Assembly: GCF_030684315.1 (NCBI RefSeq)
Contig: NC_081356.1
Coordinates: 59,566,835 to 59,630,834 of the forward strand
DNA length: 64,000 nt
Origin: Stegostoma tigrinum
Lineage: Eukaryota
Direction of reading: 5' to 3'
Positions within the stretch are counted from its first letter, which is position 1. Each line of letters starts with the position of its first letter. Below the pieces are notes generated by a model, which was given only the letters and a program-made list of their open reading frames with translations, searched no databases and was not told where the DNA came from. The translations under genes and the position numbers were made by a program. Shown one piece after another: positions 13,720-26,724 of the stretch.

Positions 13720-15000
13720 TGATTTTAGAAATGGTGCACCTTTGTGATTGGAAAGTCATCTCAGAGTCAAACATAATATTATGCTTGTAAACAATGTGGT
13801 TCTGTCTCAGACTGTTACCTGGGACAGGGATGGAGTCTTCAGTGGGGAAATGGAGTTTGTCTTGTGGACCAAAGACAAGGACTTCAATCTTCCCTATATT
13901 TCGTTGGAGAAATTTTTTGCATAGCCAGAACCCAATGATAGAAAAACAGTTTGAGAATTTAGTATTATTAATGGGGTTCAGGGAAGTTGTGAAATAAAGC
14001 CACGTATCATCAATCTGACATTGCATTTTCAGGTAATGTCACTGTGCATCAGGATTTAGATAGAAAATAGGAAGGGGCCAAGGATAGATGTTTGTGGGAC
14101 ACCATAGTTAATAGAATAGTAGTGGTAAGAGAAGCCAGGAAAAAGGTGTGAACAGCCCTGCATAGATGATGACAGCTGGAGGAGGATTATATGATTGACC
14201 ATATCAAAGGCTTTAGACAGATCAAAAGAACAAGAAAGGATACTTTACCTTTGCTACAACCTCATAGAATGTGAGTTGTGACTTTAGTAAAAATGATTTT
14301 GTTTTTATGCCAGAGGTATAAATCTGACTGGAAGTATTCGAATGTGGCAGTAAATTTAAGCAAGACACAGTTTGAGAGGTCACAACAGATTTAAGGACTT
14401 TAGGTTGGAAAAGGATTGTGGAACTGGGGTGATAGTTCATGAAGGTGATGAGGTCAAGGTTCGGGAAATTAACTGATTCACAATTTAATGGGAATATGGC
14501 TGAGGGAGTATGAGGTATGTCTACCAGACAAGATGAGCTTGTGAAGGGCAAGATGGGAGATGAAAGGGAAACTGGAGAAAATTCTGAGTTCAGTGATAGG
14601 GCAAAGAGGAGCTGGAAAGGAAGCTTTGTCTTGTGGGGTTGTGGAAGAGAGAACAGCAGCAGAGGGCAGCTGAATATATAGTCTCAATCTTAGTGGCAAA
14701 AAACATCCTTAGCTCCTTACATTTATTGATAGAGGTGAGCTTGGAGGAGACGGGGGGAATGGGTTTTAAAAAGATAGATTGCAGTGGAGAAAGGAAATTA
14801 GGGATTATCTTTGTATTCCAAGGTACATTTGGAATAGTGAACAGTTTTGGCAGATGTGAACAAAATCCAATATTGCTTTATATTGTCTAGCCAGATCTTG
14901 CAGTGAATGACTAAAACAGTTGCCTGTCAGATTAATGGCAGCCTGACTGCCTTGGCGTTAAGGGAGTGGAAATGAAAGCCTCATTAAGAACATTCCAGGA
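13720..15000 (-). mobile_element. L2-clade LINE RT fragment
   Basis: ORF 13628-14026 gives IDDTWLYF...WLCKKFLQRNIGKIEVLVFG, resembling the L2 YADDTQLY...NFLQLN..KTE motif. Confidence 0.75.
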
Positions 15001-16389
15001 CTACTTCCAACACTGGAAAAAGGTTCTTCCAAAACTCATTAACCACAGCATCGAAGAGTAAAGTTTCTTGGGTAAATGGGTATTTTCTGTTTTGGGATAG
15101 AAGCTATAATTATCAGATTTAGTTTCTTGAGTCACCCACCAATCAGGGAAGGTTGTATTAATTTATGACTCCAAATGGGCAGGACAATGACATGAATGTC
15201 AAATGTGGGAAATGCGCTTGGAGGCTTGTAACATTCTGTTCATGGGCAGATTAACTCTGGCATTTAACACCGGTCAGTCTGACTTGAAACTATCTAGCAT
15301 CATGCATAGAGTCTGCACAGTATAATAAGCTGTGTCAATTTTGGTTAGATCAGCTAATAAAGAAACTCGTCATTCAAATGCTGTATGTTATATAGCACAA
15401 GCATTAAGTTTTCAAAAATTTCTGAAGGAGATAATTTACAGCAGTAAGATAATATTTCTTCCTTGTATTTGCCTCAACAATTGTCTGATTTGAAGTAGAA
15501 TTTGCATTCCATAGATCCAAGGAGAACGCCATTTCAACTTTTTAAGCAATGACATTTTTTGAAACTGAACAAGCTTCTGTGTCTGTACACTCAGTATTTG
15601 TGTTAACACAATTCCTAATGAAAGGCTGGAAATGATCAATGGAATATGTTAGCTTTGCACCAGGAAGAATGCTATAGGTGAAGTTAAATAGCATTCTGTG
15701 ATATTGGCATTGACCTTATGGATTAACTTCAAGATGATTTCTATCGACATCATTTGTAAAACTACTATTTGGAGCAGCAGTTGAATAATGATTAAGTATT
15801 ATTTAAATTTATAAAGGCTTGCAGTTTGCATCTGTTTTAGCTGCAGGTGTTTCCTCTTGTCTACGATGGCTACCCTTCTGTTTCTAGGTATTAATATGCC
15901 ATTCTACACCAATATGTCAAGATGTAACTGAAGCTTAGATTTCATATGTTGTAGAATCTTTCTTTTCATTTGCAACAGAAAAAGAGTCATCTTCCAATTC
16001 TTATTTTGGGAATGTCTGTAAATACTTATTGTTCAGGGTCTTCTGCTTCCTATAGTTTCTGGCTAAAATGAAGAAGCAGGAGAGACAGTTTAAATAGCGT
16101 GTGGGAAAATATCAATTATAATTTAAAGGAATACTACCTTCATGATTCTCCTCATCAATAAACTAGAGCTAACGCTGACAAGTGAAAATAAAACCAGTTG
16201 TCTGGCCTCTGGCATAAATCAGGCAGTGTACAAGTCTACTGCCCCTGACAAGAATGCAGATCAAGTTGTCAGTTCAGCTAATTTTCATGCCTTGACCTTC
16301 ACAGAGACATTCTTGAGAATGTCTGAGTATTCCAAGAGTGTAAGGGGGAGAGGAGAGTGTTGTGATGCTGCATGGGGAATCCTACTGTA

Positions 16390-17250
16390 ATCCTGGCTGG
16401 AGAACTGTGTGCAGCTCTGATCACATTGCTAGTGGAAGGTTGTGATAAGCACTAGAGGGGGTACAGAGAAGGTTCACCAGGATGCTGCCTGGGATGGTGA
16501 AGTTGATCTATAGTGTGAGACTGGATAGGTTTGGATTAATTCTTTGCAGCAGAAAAGAGCTGAGGGGTGGACATGATTGTGGAGTATGATATTATGAGGG
16601 GTATAGACAGGATGAATAGAGAGCAGCCATTGCCCTTGGTTGATGTATTAGTCACAACTGGACATAGTGCTAGGGTAAGGGACAAGACATTCAGAGGGGA
16701 TTTGAGAAAAAAAACTGTTTCACTCAGAGCAGGTGGCAATCTAGAATACATTGCCTGGGAAGGTAGCGGAGGCTAGAAACCCTACAACCTTTTAAAAAAA
16801 ATGTAATATCATAACATTCAAGTATATTAAATAAGATTAGATTACCTACAGTGTGGAAACAGGCCCTTCGGCCCAACAAGTCCCCACCACCCATTGAAGC
16901 ATCCCACCCAGACCCATCCTCCTATAACCCACACATCCCTGAACACAATGGAAAATTTAGCATGGCTGATCCACCTGGCCTGCACATCTTTAGACTATAG
17001 GAGGAAACCGAAGCAAACCCACACAGACACAGGGAGAAAGTGCAAACACCACACAGACAGTCGCCTGAGGCTGGAATTGAACCTGGTTCCCTGGTGCTGT
17101 GAGGCTGCAGTGCTAACCACTGAGCCACCGTGCTGCAAATAAGTATAGGAAATTAGACTTAGCTTACCTTTAGTAGTAGCTGTGTTGGTGCAGACTCGAT
17201 GGCCTAAAGGGCCTTTTCTGCGCTGTATGACTCTATGATTCTACTGTTGC
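16390..17250 (+). mobile_element. CR1 3' end hosting a SINE
   Basis: LENCVQ..LEGVQRRFTRMLPG..YDIMRGIDR motifs. Confidence 0.8.
16836..17136 (-). mobile_element. HE1-type tRNA-derived V-SINE
   Basis: Head gcacggtggctcagtggttagcactgc, B box ggttcaattcc, V-domain, CR1-type tail ending aatctaatc. Likely TSD aaataag (16829-16835, 17137-17143). Confidence 0.88.
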
Positions 17251-18019
17251 AGGCCTAAAAGGCGTTCTGTCTGGAGATCTCTCTTTTGCAACAAAGAACA
17301 AGAAATACTTTTTTTCTCTCAGCAGGTTGTAAGATTGTGGATTTCTCCTTTGCAGAAGATAGTGGAGACTAGGCCTTTGAATTTGTTTAAGGTCCAGTTA
17401 TATAGATTTTTGATAAACACTGAGGTCAAGGGTGTTAGTGTGGCAGACAGAAGTGTGGAGATGAGCACAACCAGATAACCCACATCAACCATTATCTTAT
17501 TCATTACTGGATCAGGATTGAAGTAGTCACATCCAGTTTCTATCACTTATGCATTTATACTCACCAACGTTAAACCGTCACAAGCAGAGGCAGCTGGTGT
17601 CGTGACAATCTGTGGAATCTTTGTTTTATATGAGTACTTTTTGTTTGATTTCACCAAGGAATATACAAGAAATATTCCAGAATAAAGACTCAATTAAAGT
17701 TTAACAAGAAAGAGGTGTAGAAGGAATTAGAATTAGTAAGAAGGTCGTACTGGAGAAGTTAATGGAACTGAAAGGCCTGGTATTCTACAATCTAGAGCGG
17801 TGAAAGATGTTTCTTTAGAGACTGTTAATACATTGGTGAACAACTTTAAATACTCCGTAGATCCTGTAATGTTTCTTGTGGGTTGGAAAGTAGCAAACAT
17901 CAGTCTGCTATCTAAGAAAGGAGTGAGAATGGAAACAGGGAACTACAGACCCATCAGCTTTACATCATTAGGGGAAAATGCTAGAATTTATCATAAAGTA
18001 TGTTTTAAATGCATTGATT

Positions 18020-18372
18020 GAATAGAATCCCTATGGAGTAGGGACAGGCCGTTCAGCCCAACAATTCCACACCAAACCTCTGAAAAGTATCCCACCCAGA
18101 TCCATCCCCATCCCCCTACCCTTTTCCCTGTAACCCTGCATTTCCTGTGGCTAACGCAACTAACCTACACATCCCTGAACACCAGGGGCAATTTAGCATG
18201 GCCAATCGACCTGACATTTACATCTTTGGACTGTGGGAGGAAACCAGAGCACCAGGCAGAAACTCACGCAAACACAGGAAGAATGTTCAAACCCTAGATA
18301 GTTGCTTGGGGTTAGAATTGAAACTGGGTCCCTGATGCTATGAGGCAGCAGTGCTAACCACTGAGTCACCGA
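18020..18372 (-). mobile_element. HE1-type SINE
   Basis: Colinear with 16836-17136. A third copy lies at ~51450-51765. Confidence 0.85.
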
Positions 18373-18597
18373 GCTTCATCCTTGGACATAATCTGATTGG
18401 GCATAGATGGATTTGTGAATGAGAAAACTTGTTGGAGACGTTTTGAGGATGTTACAAACCAAATAAAGAGCAGTAATGGTATACTTGAATTTTCAGAAGG
18501 TTTTTGATTAGGGCCCCCACAGGAGTTTAATTAGCAAAATTAAAGGACATGGAATAGCAGGTAATGTTCTAGCATTGACTAAGGATTGACCAACAGA

Positions 18598-19407
18598 CAG
18601 ACGCTATGACAACGGATGAATGGACACCATGCAACAATCGCCAGACAGGAATGTTCCCTCCCTGACAAGGAACATTTCAGCGGTCAAGGATATTCAGTCT
18701 CTGGTCTTCAGTTAAGCTTCCTCCAAGGCAGCCTCCAGGGTACACAACAAAACAGAATTGCCAAGCAGAAACTGTGAGTCAAGTTCCGTACCCATGAAGA
18801 TGGCCTCAGCTGTGAATCTGGGTTCATTTCACGCTATGTAACCAGACACGTAACCCCGCCTCCTCACACTGTCCTGTACCTGTAAAATCTCCCTTGCAGA
18901 CCTCTTTTGACACTATCACCCTGATTGTTATGATGTCCCAAACTTAATTACTCTGTATAGTTTTAGATTGCTTATTACTTTGGTTAGACCCTTGGCGTTT
19001 GGCTCTTATACATATCATGTTATTCCAGTCATTTGATTTGTCTGCAGCACCACCCACTTTTTATTTTTTTCCAGTTATCTTCCTGCATCATTTAATCAGA
19101 TTATAGATCATCCCTATGCTTACTATTCAACTGTTGACAATTTACTCACACTGTCTGACACTTTTGATCACCAACAGAGACTTATTATTTGACACTCCAT
19201 TCACACCATTTGTGTGATCTCTTGGTCTCTCTGCCCATTGATCTCTCTGCCCATAAATTCTGTGCCTGTGGGCTTCTGTCTCACTTCACCTGACGAAGGG
19301 GCAACACTTCAAAAACTTGAGATTTCAAATAAAGATGTTGGCCTATAACCTGGTATTGTATTATTTCTGACTTTGTCCACCCCAGTCAAACACCGACACC
19401 TCCACAT
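18598..19407 (+). mobile_element. Penelope-like element 3' end (third family)
   Basis: GIY-YIG C-terminal remnant (QRMNGHH..EHFSG..RIAKQKL..FRTHEDGL). Decayed hammerhead-like ctgacgaagg at ~19290. TSD caacaga (18591-18597, 19408-19414). Confidence 0.75.
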
Positions 19408-21929
19408 CAACAGATGGAAAACAAACAGTAGGTATAAACAGGTCATTCTCACATTGGTTGATTGCAACTAACAGGGTACCACAAAAAACAGTACTTAGGC
19501 CTTAGCTGTCTGCTTTTGACTATATAAATATAATGATGTTTAAAAGTTAGGCACCAAATGTAATATTTTAAAATACACCAATGATGCAAAACTAAGTGTG
19601 AATATGTGCTGTGAGGGAGATATAAAGCAGTTTCAGGAAGATTTATACAAACTTAGTGAGTAAGAACATGTCAGATAGAATATAATGTGGAAATATATGA
19701 GTGTTCCATTTTGGGAGGAGGTACAGAAATGCTGAATAGTTCTTGAATGCTCAAGAAGCTTACAGGGTAGAAATATATAAAGTGACCTGGTGTGCTCATT
19801 GCTAGCATGCTACAGACCTGTAGGAAGGCTAATTGAATGTTAACTTGTTTTGCAAGAGCGTTTGCGTACAGGAAGCGTCAAGTCTTACTTCAGTTCTATA
19901 GAAGCTTGTTTAGACCACCTGGAGTTGTCAAAACTACACTTCATTTTAAGGCACTGAGTACCACGTTATGAATTTAAATGTCAAAAGACACTTTGAAGGA
20001 TGCTATATGAGGTCAAGTGTATAAAGTAAATAAGAATGTCAGGGGACAGTGCTGCTTGCAATTCTGAGCATGGTAGACCCTAAGCCTTGTTAAGTAGCTG
20101 AGTGCAATAATTGATTTAGAGTGAGTGTGAGGTCACAGATGGAAGATGATGGCACTTACCCTTGCAGAGTGCTGAAAGTCATTAAACTTTTCGCAGTCTT
20201 ACTGCATACTCCTCTGAACCATGGACATGGCATGGGCCTTGGTGGCTACTTTAGATCAGACTGGCAATGTTTGACATACTGCACAGCTGAATTTTACGTC
20301 TGATATCTGTGGCTGAGAACTAGATAACAGGAGATAGGGGCCATGGTTCATAACTAATGAGGTAAGCAGTGGAGAATTGCATGAGATAACTTCCGAGAGC
20401 TGACAGAGATTAACTGTCCATGAAGCTCCCTAACATTGACGTATAGCTGATTTTTAGCTGATTTTGAAATTTGTTAAATTTCAACCCAATATATTAGATG
20501 TTCGTTGACAACATATGATCTACATTTTAAAGAGGTGAGACGAATTTTACAGCCCACTATTGGGACAATTGCAGGTTAAGGGGCTATAAAAATAAAGAAG
20601 TGTAAGCCCACCATCTCTAGCCCGCCCCAAATTATCCTCCTTCTTTCCTGTGGACTGCCAATCAACCTTCAGCCTACTGAGACCCTTGACTGGTCAAGTC
20701 ATGGCCAATTTAAGACTGTTTTGTCTCTACCATGATAACATACGTGACTGGAGAAAACAAAACAAAAGAGGCCTTTCTGGTACTTTGTCTGCTTGGGCTA
20801 AAAGGCAGGAAGGAATGGAAGTACCTGTATTGATGGCCTACTGTGGCCAACACTATCTCTACCCCCAAGACTCTACCCTACTTTGTGTCTTCCACACAGA
20901 CCCCTAAAATTCTCCCCCCATAACCCTAAACAGGAAGCCTTACCAAAAACAAACCCCGGTTTACATGTAAACCCTCAGGATTGCTTGCAGTTTCAATAAT
21001 TTCCAGGCACTGCAGGGATTACTCAGCTGCTGGCCAATCAAATTGGCTGACAGCTCTCAGGTAGGGCTTACTTACCAATAGGTTTGAACTCCCACTTTCC
21101 CCTTGTTCCTGTTGCTCCTGGTATATCATTGTATCACGGCAGCCTTTTTAAATCTGTCTACTTAGGCTGACTTTGCTACTGGTGAAAGGGGAGGGGATAT
21201 CCAAGCAAGTTGTACTCTCATGAAATTTATCCCACCATGAAAATATTGCATTAGACAATAAACTTTCTCTACAGCTCATGCATGGGGTAATATAGTAGCT
21301 GTAAAATCGAATGTTAGGAAGTTATTGAGGGAATAGAATAAAATTAGATCATTATTTCAAGTAGATTTTATTGCTAAAATTATTTACAAATGAACTTTTT
21401 CACTGTGCTTGGCTGCAATTGTAGTGCCCTTCAAATGTTGCTCTAATCAGATTTAACTTCCATCAGCAAAATCTACCATGGTGGATCTGAAAATGTCTAA
21501 ATTTCCCATTGAATCTGTACCATTCATTCTAAACAAGAAACCATATTCCTCCAAACTATGGACAGTGCATGGACCATGGTGGCTGCATCAGGCCAGACTG
21601 GCAATGTTTGACATACTGCACAGCTGAATTTAATAGCAGGAAACCAATCCTCAAAAGCATCCTGCTTGTTAAAATAAAACTTTTCTTCTCCAATCTTCAC
21701 AGGGGTAATTGATTTATCAAAGGGCACAGTGAGAAGCAACTGAGGAGCATTCTGGGAGAAGTTAGTGCAGTCACTATGACTGCTAATTTTGAGTAGCAGC
21801 CTTACCTTGATCAGCAACCAGGAACCAAAACCAAAGAAGCTGGAAGGAGGAGACAGCGACCGGAGCAGATACGCACTTGAGCACAGGGCATTGACTTGAT
21901 CCATTTCACTGTGAGTATTGTGGGAGCTG

Positions 21930-22265
21930 CACTTCATCATGCCACAGGTAAAGAAAAGTATGATGGGTTGTGAGAGGAAACTAGCTCAGAATATAAAAAT
22001 AGATAGCAGAAGTTTCTACAAATGTATAAAATGAAAAATAGTGCCCAAGGTAAACATTGGTCCCTTAGAGGATAAGAAGGGGATTTAATAATGGGAAATA
22101 AGGAAGTGGTTGAAGCATTGAACAAGTATTTTGTGTCAGACTTCACAGTGCAACACACAAATAATGTGTCAATGATTAATAACAATGAGGCTGTGGCAGG
22201 TGAGAACCTGGAAACGTTTATTATCACTAAAGGGGTAATGTTGGGCCATCTAATGGGGGCTAAAG
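21930..22265 (+). mobile_element. Host CR1, left part
   Basis: MGNKEVVEALNKYFVSDFT..MLGHLMG, continuing at 26725. Confidence 0.85.
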
Positions 22266-25200
22266 ACAGACTCGCAGCAGGAAGAGCAGGAGCGTTGCTC
22301 AGGGCCTACAGGGAAGGTGAGTCACCACTTTAAGGTTTAAAAAACTTACCTCGACCAGCGGAGCCCTCCCTTTCTGTTCCAACCGCAGGAAGAACGGAGT
22401 TCTAACCAAGAAGGACTCTTGTCTGTTGTGAAGGTATGGCTTTTCAATTTATATTTCTTGTGTATATTGTGATAGATTAAAAGTTTAATTGGTTAATTGA
22501 ATAAGACCGTAGCAGACAAGCGCTAGAAATTTTTAATAGATAAATTGTAAAAGTTAATTAAATAAGTAGTAATGCCTGGACAGGTGATGTGCTGTAGCTG
22601 TATGATGTGGGAGCTGGCTGATCCCATTGTGAACGGCAGCGACCACATCTGCAGCTAGTGTTGGTTGCTGGAAGAACTCCGGATTAGAAATAATGATCTG
22701 GAATCTGAACTTCAAACTCTGCAGCATATCCGGGGGGGGGGGGGGGGGGGGGGGGGAGAGTTACCTGGACACTTTGTTCCAGGAGGCAGTCACACCCAGT
22801 AGATTAAGTAATTCAAATTCAATAAGTGTTCAGGGACAACAGAGTGTGACTGTAAGTGAGGCAGGTCGGGGGATTCTGAGTTCAGGAGTGCAGGAGCCTC
22901 AGCCCTTGACCTTGTTCAACAGGTATGAGATTCTTACTCCCTATACAGATGGGGGAAAGGGCTGTGGACAGGATGAGCCAGCTGACCACGGCACCTGGTG
23001 CAGAAGGCCATTCAAGAGGGGGGAGCAAAAAGACAGGTAGTTGTTATAGGGAATTCTATAATTAGAGGGACAGATAGTCTCCGATGCAAGCCGGATCTGG
23101 AGTCTCGCATGGTGTGCTGCCTGCCTGGTGCCAGGGTGCGGGATAACTCCGACCGGCTTGAAAGGATATTGGAGCGGGAGGGGGAGGATCCAGTTGTTGT
23201 GGTCCACGTTGGGACTAACAACATAGGCAAAGCTAGGGTAGAGGACCTGTTCAGGGATTATGAAGCATTAGGAAGGAAATTGATGTACAGGTCCTCAAGG
23301 GTGATAATCTCCGGAATACTGCCTGAGCCACGTGCCAATTGGCATAGGGAAAAGAAAGTTAGAGAAGTAAACACGTGGCTAAGGGATTGGTGTGGGCAAG
23401 AGGGATTCCATTTCATGGGGCATTGGCATCAGTTTTGGAACCGGGGATCTGTACCGTTGGGATGGTCTCTACCTGAATTGATATGGAATCAGTGTTCTAG
23501 CGAAAAGGATAAATAGGCTGGCCAGTAGGACTTTAAACTTCTGAGTCGGGGGAAGGGAAAGCAACAGGGAGTATGGAGTTAAATGGAAAGATAAGCAGCA
23601 GGATAGCAAGTATGCAGGTGGGTTTAAGCTCGAGGCAGACTAAAAATGCAGCAAAAAGGAAGAATAACTTAGGACATCTTATGATTTCCAATATCTCTAA
23701 TAATGTTAAGAAAGTTAGCATTAAAGCACTTTACGTAAATGCTTGTACTATTTGTAACAAAGTAGATGAATTAACAGCACAAATCATCTTGAATGATTAT
23801 GATGTGATAGGCATCACAGAGACGTGGTTGCAGTGAGTTCAGGACTGGCAGTTAAACATCCAAGGATTCACAACTTATCAAAAAGACAGGGAGGTGGGCA
23901 AAGGGGGCCGGGTTGCCTTGATAGTTAAGAATGAAATTAAACCTATGGCACTGAGTGACATAGGGTCAGATGATGTGGAGTCTGTGTGGGTGAAGTTGAG
24001 GAATCACAAATGCAAAAAAACCATAATCAGTGTCATGTACAGACCTCCTAACAGTGGTCAGGACCAGGGGTGCAAGATGCATCGAGAAATAAATAGGGCA
24101 TGTCAGAAAGGTAAGGTCACGGTAATCATGGGGGACTTCAATATGCAGGTGGACTGGGTGAATAATGTTGCCGGCAGAGCCAAAGAAAAGGAATTCATGG
24201 AATGCTTACAGGATGGCTTTTTGGAACAGCTTGTGATGGAGCCCACAAGGGAGCAGGCTATTCTGGATTTAGTGCTCTGTAATGAGCCAGACTTCATAAA
24301 AGATCTTAAAGTAAGGGAACACGTAGAAGGCAGCGATCATAATATGGTAGAGTTCAGTCTGCAGTTTGAAAGAGAGAAGGCAAAATTGGATGTAATGGTG
24401 TTACAGTTAAACAAAGGTAATTACAGGGGCATGAGAGACGAACTGACGAAAATCGACTGGAAGCAGAGCCTAGTGGGGAAGACAGTAGAGCAACCATGGC
24501 AGGTGTAATTGAGGACACGGTACAGAGGTTCATCCCAAAGAAAAGAAAGATTATCCGGGGGCGGATTTGACAGCCATGGCTGACAAACGAGGAAATGTAT
24601 CAAACAAAAAGAGATAGCCTATAAAATGGCCAAGAGCACTGGGATATCAGAAGATTGGGAAGGCTACAAAAAACAAACAACTGATAACAAAGAGAGAAAT
24701 AAGGAAGGAGAGGATCAAATATGAAGGTGGCTAGCAAGTAATATTAGAAATAATAGTAAAAGTTCCTTTCGATCCATAAGAAAAAAATGAGAGGCAGAAG
24801 TAGACATTGGGCCGCTCCAAATTGATTGCTGGAAGGCTACTGATGGGAGATAAGGAAATAGCTGAAGAGTTTAATATGTACTTTGCGTTAGTCTTCACAG
24901 TGGAAGACATGAGTAATATCCTGACAATTAAAGAGAGTAAGGTGGCAGAGTTGAGTATGGTAGGCATTACAAAAGAGAAAATGCTAGAAAAGCTGAAAGG
25001 TTTAAAAATTGATAAATCTCCTGGCCCCAAAGGGCTACATCCTAGAGTTCTGAGGGAGGTGGCTGAGGAAATAACGGAGGCTTTGGTTGTGATCTTTCAA
25101 AAGTCACTGGAGTCTGGGAAAGTCCCAGATGATTGGAAAATCGCTGTTGTAACCCCCTTGTTTAAGAAAGGATCAAGACAAAAGATGGAAAATTATAGGC

Positions 25201-26724
25201 CGATTAGCTTAACCTCGGTTGTTGGTAAAATTCTAGAATCCATCGTTAAGGATGAGATTTCTAAATTCTTGGAAGTGCAGGGTCGGATTAGAACAAGGCA
25301 GCATGGATTTAGTAAGGGGAGGTTGTGCCTGACAAACCTGTTAGAATTCTTTGAAGAGGTAACAAGTAGGTTAGACCAGGGAAACCCAGTGGATGTTATC
25401 TGAGAAGATGGGAACTGCAGATGCTGGAGAATCCAAGATTACAAAGTGTGAAACTGGATGAACACTGCAGGCCAAGCAGCATCTCAGGAGCACAAAAGCT
25501 GACATTTCGGGCCTAGACCCTTCATCAGAGAGGATGTTATCTTTCTAGACTTCCAAAAGGCCTTTGATAAGGTGCCTCACGGGAGCCTGCTGAGTAAGGT
25601 GAGGGCCCATGGTGTTCGTGGTGAGCTACTGGCATGGATTGAGGATTGACTGTCTGACAGAAGGCAGAGAATTGGGATAAAAGGCTCTTTTTCGGAATGG
25701 CAACCGGTGACAAGTGGTGTCCCGCAGGGTTCAGTGTTGGGGCCGCAGCTGTTCACTTTATATATTAATGATCTGGATGAAGGTACTGGGGGTATCCTGG
25801 CGAAGTTTGCTGCTGATACGATGTTAGATGGACAGGCAGGTAGTACTGAGGAGATGGGGAGGCTGCAGAAAGATTTAGACAGTTTAGGACAGTTGTCCAG
25901 GAAATGGCTGATGAAATTCAACGTGAGCAAATGCGAGGTCTTGCACTTTGGAAAAAAGAATTCAGGCAAGGACTATTTTATAAGTGGTGGGAAAATTCAT
26001 AAAGCAGAAGTACAAAGGGATCTGGGAGTGCTAGTCCAGGATTCTCGAAAGGTTAACTTGCAGGTTGAGTCCGAGATTAAGAAAGCGAATGTAATGTTGT
26101 CATTTATCTCAAGAGGATTGGAATATAAAAGCAGCGATGTGCTTCTGAGACTTTATAAAACTCTAGTTAGGCCCCATTTAGAATACTGTGTCCAATTTTG
26201 GGCCCCACTCCTCAGGAAGGACATTCTGGCACTGGAGAGTGTCCAGCAGAGATTCACATGGATAAATCCTGGAATGGTAGGTTTAATGTACGATGAACGG
26301 CTGAGGATCCTAGGATTGTATTCAGTAGAGTTTAGAAGGTTGAGGGGAGATCTAATAGAAACTTACAAGATAATGCATGGCTTAGAAAGGGTGGACGCTA
26401 AGAAGTAGTTTCCATTAGGCGGGTAGATTGGGACCCGTGGGCAAAGCCTTAGAATTAGAGTGGGGCAATTTAGAACGGAAATGAGGAGATGTTTCTTCAG
26501 CCAGAGAGTGGTGGGCCTGTGGAATACATTGCCACAGAGCACAGTGGAGGCCGGGATGTTAGAAGTCTTCAAGGCAGAGATTGATAAATTCTTGCCCTCA
26601 CAAGGAATTAAGGGCTACGGGAGAGTGCGGGTAAGTGGAGCTGAAGTGCCCATCAGCCATGATTAAATGGCAGAGTGGACTCGATGGGCCGAATGGCCTT
26701 ACTTCCACTCCTATGTCTTGTGGT
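22266..26724 (+). mobile_element. Full-length, inactivated CR1 LINE (ORF1 zinc finger/leucine zipper/SGNH esterase; ORF2 APE-RT)
   Basis: ORF1 from ATG 22572 (CCSC..CS*C, then VVVIGNSIIR..CLPGARV..VHVGTNN). APE motifs GITETWL, MGDFN, SDHN. RT motifs PQGSVLGP and FAADT. TSD ctaaag (22260-22265, 26725-26730). Multiple stops and frameshifts. Confidence 0.93.
25402..25531 (-). mobile_element. Solo PLE pLTR inserted in CR1 RT
   Basis: Exact 11-bp TSD ggatgttatct (25391-25401, 25532-25542) splits the VDVI|FLDFQKAFDKV motif. Confidence 0.9.

Larger units (their letters stand above)
17620..19920 (+). mobile_element. Old CR1 RT fragment with two nested insertions
   Basis: WKVANISLLSKKG..GNYRPISFTS. 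Coding resumes after 18375 and after 19408. Confidence 0.8.

Noticed and set aside
17060-17136. tRNA gene
   Set aside because: It is the tRNA-derived head of a SINE, continuing into SINE body and tail.
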